NCBI GenBank assembly: GCA_964016885.1
Contig: OZ024741.1
Span: forward strand, 327,050,001-327,114,000
Source of the DNA: Eledone cirrhosa
Lineage: Eukaryota
Direction: 5' to 3'
Length of the DNA: 64,000 bases
Shown here piece by piece: positions 55,533 to 64,000 of the stretch; the first letter of the stretch is position 1; the number at the start of each line of letters is the position of its first letter. The translations under genes and the position numbers were made by a program. The notes under the pieces were generated by a model. That model was not told the origin of the DNA. It did not search any database and worked only from the letters and a program-made list of their open reading frames with translations.

Positions 55533-57215
55533 TTCATCTATTGGCCATAAGGGCTGATATATAGGGCACAATACAAAGACAGGGACAGTGGGGGTTTACA
55601 ATAAAATCGAGTAAAAACAATAACAAAAACAATTAACAATAAATAAATAACAAACTGAATTCTCCAAAAAAGCGGCGAACCACTCAGGGGCGACTCAGTT
55701 AACCCATCAATCCTGAACCACCCAACGATTCGAGGGCACCCTGGAATGACATACCTCTCCTTCTCAAATCAACCAGCCTGCAGGCGCATGCTCAGTGTAG
55801 GCCATTCACACGGGCCATTCTCCACCTTTTAGCATGCACTGGAGGGCAGCACTTCTCTCCCTTCATCCCCACCTTCCTTTCGAGTGAAACTTGAAAAAGG
55901 TGATGAGGGAGTCGCCGAAGAGAATAGTGTCTGTCTTCAGTACTTCAGCCTAGTCCATCACACAACGTCTTTCGTTACCGTCACCCCTTCCCAGCCAAAG
56001 GAAGGCGGTGTGGCGATCTTCACTATGGACATGGTCGATAGCCGGACCCGTCCAACATACGACTACAGCTGTTTGACATAACTCCACAAGTCAGTAATGC
56101 ACGGACATTGGACGAGTACATACAGAACAGTTTCATCGCTCTGTGCGCACTTCCGTCCCGGTAGAGTTTATTTCAAACCGGCCCTGTCCACAGGTGCCGA
56201 GTTGCAAGCCCAGCGACGTTTCCGGGTTTAGTCTCGCTCATGTACACCATTCATATTCTTCCAAGCAGGTGTTCCACACCATCAGGGTGATCTCCACAAA
56301 GGCCGACACAACCCTTCCACGACCCAGTTAGAGTGCAATGCCCTACAACAAGTCCATCTGCAACAGTAAATGCTCGAGAGTCCATACGTACAGTAGGGAG
56401 GTGAGCAGATACCTTTGATGGACCGATCACATGATCTGCAACGTTTCCGAAAGGTGGCCATTTACTTTGACAACCAAGCATATGCTACTGTGCATTCCAG
56501 TGATCCACCCTATCAAGATGAGACCGAAGCCACCTACCGTGAGGGCAGCCTCCAGGTATCGATGCTCGACCCTATCGAATTGTTTCAAAAGATTTGAATT
56601 GATCATAACCTCACTGCATGATATAGGGGGCGTTTTGTATCCACCACGTCGTGATTGCGCATGTTTGCGCCTCACCTACCAAAGCCTCGATGGCAAACGT
56701 CACCCACTTCGCCGAAACATTGGGAAAATCTGTTTAACCAGGTTATGGGCCTGAAAGGTTCTACCTTATCCCTCTTCTTGTCGTCTTTCCTCTTCAACGC
56801 TACTAGGTCTCGGAACAGTGAAAACACCAGTTCTGCTGCCAGATGCAGCAGACCACATCGAGGATATCGAAGAACTACTCTGACATACCTACGTAAAACT
56901 CTTAGAAAAGACAAACTGGCCTCCTGTGACCGAAGAGGGCATCCCGAATCACGGTTGATCCTATCGGTCTTTCGCAGCCCTCAGCATATGCCGTGGAGAG
57001 TTGCGGAAGGCCATCGAGAGCGAAATTGAAGCCCACCACCGTCTCCGACTCACTTCCCCATCTCGAACAGTTGAGAAAAATGCTGGTGAAAGGCTGCACA
57101 CATCTGCCTGGAAGCACGCGTACATCTCGTTCCGTCAAAGACATAATTGTGGTATTGTCACCACGCTGCACCTCCGCCACGAGAGCCCATCGAACAGATT
57201 TTCTTTCGTCGTTTC
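55533..57215 (-). mobile_element. Degenerate Tx1/L1-like non-LTR retrotransposon ORF2 fragment
   Basis: Minus-strand remnants KKRDKVEPFRPITWLN and KQFDRVEHRYLEAAL..GFG (RT). The 3' portion is homologous to 62520-63200. Confidence 0.7.
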
Positions 57216-57883
57216 TTACGAAGGTTGGCTGAAAGGTTCCTAGGCTGAATATGAAGGAGTGATGCTGGAACTGTGAAATATTGCAGGTATTGACTTCAAA
57301 TCTTCTTATTAATAACTACATTGTTAATTTGCAGGGACTGTTTTGAAAATTATACCACATTACAACATAAGTTTTTACAGACAATAAGGCCATTGGACAG
57401 TATAATTCATAATATACTAAATGACAGGGTGTTAATGCCTGAAATGTCGTAGTTCATATATCTGCTTGGCGGAGCGGATCTGAGGTTAAATAGCAATACG
57501 GAAACAAATTCTCTACATCGTGATAGTGATGAAAGGATGATGCTGATAACCGTCACACTTATTAATAATTTCAAATGGTGTTCAGAATTATATATTGAAT
57601 CAATAAAATGAAGAGAAGCAAGACATTGTTGCTCGGAACACGTATGTTGATCGGAAAGAAATTAATCATGTAGCCAAGAAGGTAGAGGGAAAATAAAAGT
57701 CTTTCTTTTCCCTCTCTCCCCTCTCTCACCAGCCCCATATCTCTCTCCCTCTCTCCACCCCCATCTCTCTCTCCCTCTCTCTCTGTATATATATATATAT
57801 ATAAATATATATATATATGATATATATATATATATATATACATATATATACATACATATATATGCATACATATATATGCATAC

Positions 57884-57923
<40 letters not shown>

Positions 57924-57945
57924 ACGCATACATATATATACATAC

Positions 57946-58040
<95 letters not shown>

Positions 58041-59308
58041 CACACGTACATATATATATACATATATATATATATTTATATGTATGTATGTATGTATATG
58101 TGTATATAATTATATGAATACTGTATGTTACAATAACTAAAATTTCATTATGTGATAAAATTAGTAATTTCCATTGCTTGATCAAACATAATACCAAGGG
58201 GATTGTTGTTGAAGCAGAGTACTTAGTATTCATAAATAATTTGGTGTGATTTTTCCATGTGTGTGTTTTTATTTATTAATGTTCATATTTTTTTAATCTA
58301 CTGTTTTCCGGGGAGGGGGTGGGGGTTCTACGGAAAGGAAGAAATATACATTTGTAAAGAAAAATGCCTCATAGCTAAGAAAGAAGATGGAGGAGAAGAA
58401 ATAGAGAAGAAGGGGAAAAGATGAAAAAAGAAATAAAAACAATTTGGCTCTTTACGTTTTGAGATCAAATCCTACGAGTGTCATGTTCACCTTTCATCTT
58501 TCCCAATGTCGATAAATCAATGTACCAGCTGATTACTCGAGACGATATATTCGTCTTTCTCCTCTTCTGAAATTTCTAACTTTGTGTTAAGTTTAGAAAT
58601 AATAATTATTATGTGTTGTGAATTGCCATATCAGTACAGCATCGACTAAAAGGCTCTGCGGTATTTATGTTAATTACGACTTTCTACAATTTCAGTTCAA
58701 ATCCCGCCGAGCTCACCTTTGGTTTCTCCGCAACGTTGACCTCTGTAGAATTTGAACGCAGGGCTCATTGTTGTGGAGACCACAAATCATTATATTCGGT
58801 GCACTATGGATACTGTTAATTCGCTGAGTCAATACGTTCGTTAACATGAAGTAGAAATTATGTAGTATCGATGCCGAAATCTTTCTGGGGTCGATAAAAT
58901 AAAGTGCAAATGAAATACAAGGGTTGATATTATCGATTTTCCCAGCGCCATCAATTGCGTGTCTTTTGCCTAAATTACAAATAGTACGGTCGAAATAACA
59001 GTATTAATGGAACGTCCCACAAAATACTTTGTTATATTTACTTACGAATTTGTATTTTCTGAGTTCAAATTCCACTATGGTTTACTTTGCCTTTCGTGCT
59101 TCTATAAGATAAAGTATTAGTTAAGTACTGGAGTTAAATCCTGTTCCCCAAATTGTCAATCTTGTTCAATTATAGAGGCATTATTAATAATAGAGGTGTC
59201 ACGCTAGAAAGTAGGGAGCAACAATACCACTCCAAATGGGTTCTTTATGTTTTCATGTATTGTAATACACCAAATTCTGATAATCATTATTTTATTGATA
59301 TTATTAAA

Positions 59309-59499
59309 GGGCGGTGGATTGGCAGTATCGGTAGAGGATCGGACGCCATGCTTTGACGCATAGAGTTACGGCCCTTTATGATCTGAGTTCAAATCCCGCC
59401 GAGGTTAACTTTGCCTTTCATCCTTACGGGGTCGTTAAATAAAGTACCAGTAATACACTGAGTATTTGCTGGCCTCGTACCAAAAGTAGAAACAATTAT
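59309..59499 (+). mobile_element. tRNA-derived SINE, full-length copy
   Basis: GGGCGGTGGATTGGCAGTATCGGTAGA (A-box), GAGTTCAAATCCCG (B-box), CCTTTCATCCTTACGGGGTCG core, AGAAACAATTATT tail. Confidence 0.9.
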
Positions 59500-59639
59500 T
59501 TTATTGATATTATTCTACTAAATACCATCCCAAATTTTGCTCAGCTGAGCGAGCTACGATCTAAGGTCGGCTGAATAGTTCATAAGGTGAGAAGTTCATA
59601 GGCTAAACACGATACTTGCATAGAATGTCCAAATGAGGT

Positions 59640-60150
59640 GTATCTCTTCCCATTCGTTGTCCGCCTTAAACTTAGTCGCTTCGGCCAAAAACCCCGTTAC
59701 TGCGCCTTGCCTTGCAGAGGAAAGGAAAATAAACAAATACCTTATATTGGCCCGTCGCTTCCTCTTCGCACCGGTCGCCGTCGAGACCTCAGGTGTAGTT
59801 GGACCCCATACAGTCGAGCTCCTCCGTAAGATCGGAACATCGGTGGCTCATCTGAGAAAGGAGCCCCGCGAAGTGGGGTGGCAGTTTTAGTGGGTGTCGC
59901 TGGCCATTGTCCGCAGAATGCTATTGCGGTCTTGTCCGCGAGGATCAGCACATTTACCGCTGCACCCTAGGCCCAGAGCACAATAACCCCCTTTCCCTCC
60001 TATTTCTTCTGTGCCACTAGAGCCCTTGTCATTCCCTTTTCTCTTTTTTCTTTATAATTTCCTATTTTACATTCCATTCTTCTCAATCTAAATTTTCTTT
60101 TTTTCTTTTTCTATTAAACATTATTTCCATGATATATTACATACATTTTT
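59640..60150 (+). mobile_element. 3' fragment of a CRE-like RLE non-LTR retrotransposon
   Basis: AEERKINKY..L...F.FAPVAVETSGVVGP....L..IG......EPRE......SLAI.R.NA pattern followed by a T-rich 3' region. Confidence 0.65.
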
Positions 60151-60211
60151 TTTTTTTCAACATAGCCCCTGAAATAAAACAAAACGGTTATTGATAAGAA
60201 GAGTTGAAATT

Positions 60212-60390
60212 AATTGTTTCTACTTTTGGGACAAGGCCAGCAATTATCCCAGTGCATTACTGGTACTTTATTTTATCGACCCTGTAAGGATGAAAGGCAA
60301 AGTTAACCTCGGCGGGATTTGAACTCAGATCATAAACTAGGTAACTCCATGCTTCAAAGCATGGCGCCCGACCCTCTACCGATACTGCCA
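60212..60390 (-). mobile_element. tRNA-derived SINE copy
   Basis: Matches the consensus. Confidence 0.85.
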
Positions 60391-60942
60391 TGCATGCAAG
60401 ATTATAAAGCACTAGCATCACTCCGTCTTAGTCAGCCTATGAAGTTTTCAGCCTTTCCCCGGAGGTAATCTGTTAAAAAAATCAAGAATCCCTATGCAAT
60501 AAACTAAGCTCGCTAGAAATAACAGCGAACAGTCTCATCTTAGTGAAAAACGAAGTTTCTGAAATAAGGCAGGGAAATTATACGATTTAGATCAATACAC
60601 ACATAAAGGTATGGTTCGTTAGGGTTAGGGTTAGGGTAAGACCGTAATGGTTTTAATCGTAAGCTGGCTCGTCGAGGGGTTGAAAAAAATATATTGGAAG
60701 AAATATTAATGCTAGTCTACAGCTATTACGTTGGGGTTTATTATTTCGTTGTTGGCACTACTTTCGCAGCATATTCCAGTCTCTCGCTTTTACTGAACTT
60801 CGCAGAAAACTTATAGAACGCCGAAGAAATTCATATAAAAATGCATACATCAGTATTAATAATGAGAATTGAATCAATATTCAACAACATTATCAATATA
60901 ACATTACATATATATATATATAATTTACGTGTATATATATAT

Positions 60943-60973
<31 letters not shown>

Positions 60974-60988
60974 CATACATATGTAAAC

Positions 60989-61066
<78 letters not shown>

Positions 61067-61108
61067 TTAATAAATGAAACAAACAAAACACAGGAGGTAA
61101 TTTTGCAG

Positions 61109-61153
<45 letters not shown>

Positions 61154-61436
61154 AATATGCACACATATTTTCAATTTCGCTGTATCTTGCTGCTACAATG
61201 AAAATTGAAAATTCAAGTGGAAAATGTAATTTGGAGTTTGAAAATAAGAAGAAATCTCTACCAAGTACACAAAGGAGACTGAGAAACATCGTCTTAGACT
61301 ACATTTTGTGTTATCCAAATTTTCAGTTAACATCTATAGTTCATTATATAATATCTAATGGATATTAATGTGAACTATTGATGTGAAAAATAAAATTTAT
61401 TAAACCTAAATATAAGGTAACTGTATTCTTGTTTGT

Positions 61437-61645
61437 AGGACGGTGGATCGTTTGTATCGATAGAGCGTTGGTCAACAGGCTTTGCAGTATAGAATTACTT
61501 TCCTTTACGTTCTGAGTTCAAGTCCCGCCGTGGTTAGTTTTGCCTTCCATCCTTACGGAGTTGATAAAATAATGTACCAGTAACGCAATAGGGTCGAATT
61601 TCCACTCCTCCAAAATCGTTTGCTTCGTGCTTAAATCAGAAACCA
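61437..61645 (+). mobile_element. Diverged tRNA-derived SINE copy
   Basis: GAGTTCAAGTCCCGCC and GCCTTCCATCCTTACGGAGTTGATAAAAT. Confidence 0.75.
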
Positions 61646-62210
61646 TATTCTTCTATTTTTACCCATAAATGTGTTTACACAATCGTGTAAGCACATTTGT
61701 GTATACAGCTTCTTTTACTCTCGCACGCAAATGCACACATGTTCTTACATATAGACGCATATAGCTGCACACATATTCATAAATAGAATAGCATAAAAGC
61801 AAAATTCACATTTCCGACATTGTTAAAGAAAATATATGTTGGTTTAAAAGTGTGTCTGTCTGTACGTCGTTTTGTTCATCTATTCGGCACTAATTTGGAA
61901 TTATCGTTGTGGTAAATTCTTAGAAATAGTTTCCCGACTACTTTTCCTACCAAAAAGACGTGATTTTAGTGGATTCTGCTGACGACAAGAATTTTTCTTT
62001 GTAATTGTTCTGTTCGTAACCTTCCCCTCATTTACTTCGACGTATCTCTACTGTTCGGGTTGTTTGAATTTTGCCCCATGTTTTCCTTCGTGTTATTAAA
62101 TTGGATTTATTTATCACATATTACGAAGCATTACTCTGAATTTTGGTTTTCTATACACGCACATACAAACAGTCACTTGCATTGACACACACGCACACAC
62201 ACACAAAACA

Positions 62211-62252
<42 letters not shown>

Positions 62253-62320
62253 ACATACATAAATGCATATATATATAAACACACACACACATATATACAT
62301 GCATACATATATGTATATAA

Positions 62321-62389
<69 letters not shown>

Positions 62390-62464
62390 CATACATGCAC
62401 ATACACACACACACTCATATATATATATATACACACATGCATACACACACACAAACACACAAAT

Positions 62465-62495
<31 letters not shown>

Positions 62496-62510
62496 AAGAG
62501 ATATATATAT

Positions 62511-64000
62511 CTTTCTTTATTTGCCTCAGGGCCGTACAAAAATGGGACATTACAAGACATGACGGCGGGGGTTTTACATAAAAATAACTTTAACATTAAT
62601 AAATAACAATAAATTATATATAATAAAATAACAATTGAAATCCCCAATAGGGGGAACGTTACAGCAGGGTTGTTTTACATCCCGTGGATAGAACAACCTT
62701 CAACACCAGGAACACGTTTTGTAGGTGTTCCTGTCTTCCCTCTGTTTATCTTCCTCAACCTACAGAGAAGGCCCATTCACTGGAGCCATTTTCGCCACAT
62801 TCACCCACCTTTCAGCGAATTTACTGGGGTGTAGCACCTCTCTCTCCACTCTCACCTTCCTTCTGAAGTGGTACTTAAAGAAGGGGATAAGTTGTTGTCC
62901 GGAGAGAAAGGTGTTTTCCCTCAGTCCTTTTAACCTCATCCACCATATTATCTCTTTCACCATAGCCAGCACACAGAGGAAAACCGCTTCTCCTTTGTTC
63001 TTAAATGAAGGCGGCGGGATGATCCTCACGATGGACTCGGCTGACAACAGGATGCGTCTTACACGTGAAAGCAGCTGTTCGACATATTTCCACAGGTCGG
63101 TCACCCCCGGGAACTGAACAATTGCGTGCAGAAAGGTTTCGAAGTCCTGCTCGTATTTTGGACAGTTCCTTTTGGCAGGGTCTCTGCCAGGGCGTCCGTG
63201 CCTGTAGATTTTGTCTCGAACTGGTAGAGCTCCTCGGTAGCACTGCCAGGCCAGAGACCTTTGGAAGTTATCCATAGGCCCTGGACGGAAAGTCCTTCTG
63301 AACAGACTGGTCAGTTCGTCCTCCTCGCACTTATCCTCAACTAATCCCCTATAGAATGTCGAAGTGGAGTCTCCGTTGCTTGCCGATTCCGCTTGGTAGA
63401 GGGCTGTGAGCGCCTGTAGGCACTCGAGGTGCCAGGCACCCATTTTCGGTCTTCGCTTGACCCAGAACTGCAGCTCTGTTAGTGAGACGAGTTGTGGACG
63501 AGCTTGTCTCACAAACGACAGCCACACCGGGTCACCGGTCAGGAATACCTGGAGATGGCGTAGCATCAGCGCGTGTTTGCGCATCATCAGCCACGGATTC
63601 CCAGCCCTCCGTTAAAAGGGTGTTGACAGCAGATGGACCTCCTCACCAATAGAGCCTGTTTCTTCCAGAGGAACTTGAAGAGTAGGCGTTTCATTTTGGT
63701 AAGGTATTCGCGGGAGCAAGGCACGACTGTCAAGCGGTAGTAGATGACGGACGCTATGTAAGTGTTCGCCACCTCCGCTCGACCTTTCAAGGAGTGTTTG
63801 CACTCAGCCAACTTCAGGGTGAGTGACCTCGTTCCAGTTCTTGTCAACCTTACAAACCAGACCCCGAGCAATTACACCGGTCCTTCCGTCCAGCGTCCAA
63901 CGACACAGGTCGGAGGCATGGGTTTGCCTCTCCATGTGCCGAGTTGCAAACCGACAGACTTGTTTGGGTTTAGTCTTGCTCCTGTCAACGTTTCGTATTC
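62511..64000 (-). mobile_element. Tx1/L1-like non-LTR retrotransposon 3' end (RT thumb + zf-RVT), running off the window
   Basis: SLKGRAEVAN..IASVIYY..FKFLW..VRRSICC.H..GGLG; AWQCYRGALPVRDKIYRH; CP....ET..HA; EIIWWMR. One frameshift near 63590. Ends at AATAAAGAAAG beside (AT)n. Confidence 0.85.

Larger units (their letters stand above)
59556..60462. mobile_element. Mariner-like non-autonomous element carrying nested insertions; related ends at ~5410-5490 and ~57217-57255
   Basis: Left end GGCTGAA.AGTTCATAGGCT.A..GA.CAAATGAGG.TAT[insertion]TTTTCAACATAG; right end TCAGCCTATGAAGTTTTCAGCC (inverted). Confidence 0.5.

Noticed and set aside
59309-59400. tRNA gene
   Set aside because: The A/B boxes belong to a SINE head. 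There is no full cloverleaf and it continues into the SINE body.
60619-60636. (TTAGGG)3 telomere-like motif
   Set aside because: Only three units, too short to indicate a fusion or healing site.

Overview
AT-rich, microsatellite-saturated animal genomic DNA. It is probably an octopod cephalopod, inferred from SINE style and the (TA)n/(CA)n/(CATA)n load and not confirmed. Almost all listed ORFs are microsatellite artefacts. Real content: (1) a decayed Academ (AcademX-type) DNA transposon with both ends, at 17549-22357 (TAG..CTA ends, TTA TSD, transposase + XPG nuclease + Cys-rich tail); (2) Helitron remnants, including a CTAG|TC head-to-tail junction; (3) fragments of Penelope-like (GIY-YIG), R4/Dong-like, CRE-like and Tx1/L1-like retrotransposons, mariner-like ends and many tRNA-SINE copies; (4) two plausible in-frame exons of a host Ig-domain gene on +. 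The most striking signal is a set of at least five unrelated short repeat families, mostly non-coding, that carry type I hammerhead ribozyme folds with palindromic loop III. Two use a compensated U3-A8 core. They sit in (TA)n tracts as tandem arrays (591-bp and 527-bp units) or as fold-back inverted duplications, which suggests a retrozyme/Penelope-pLTR-like self-cleaving RNA system. All folds were read by eye and none has been tested.
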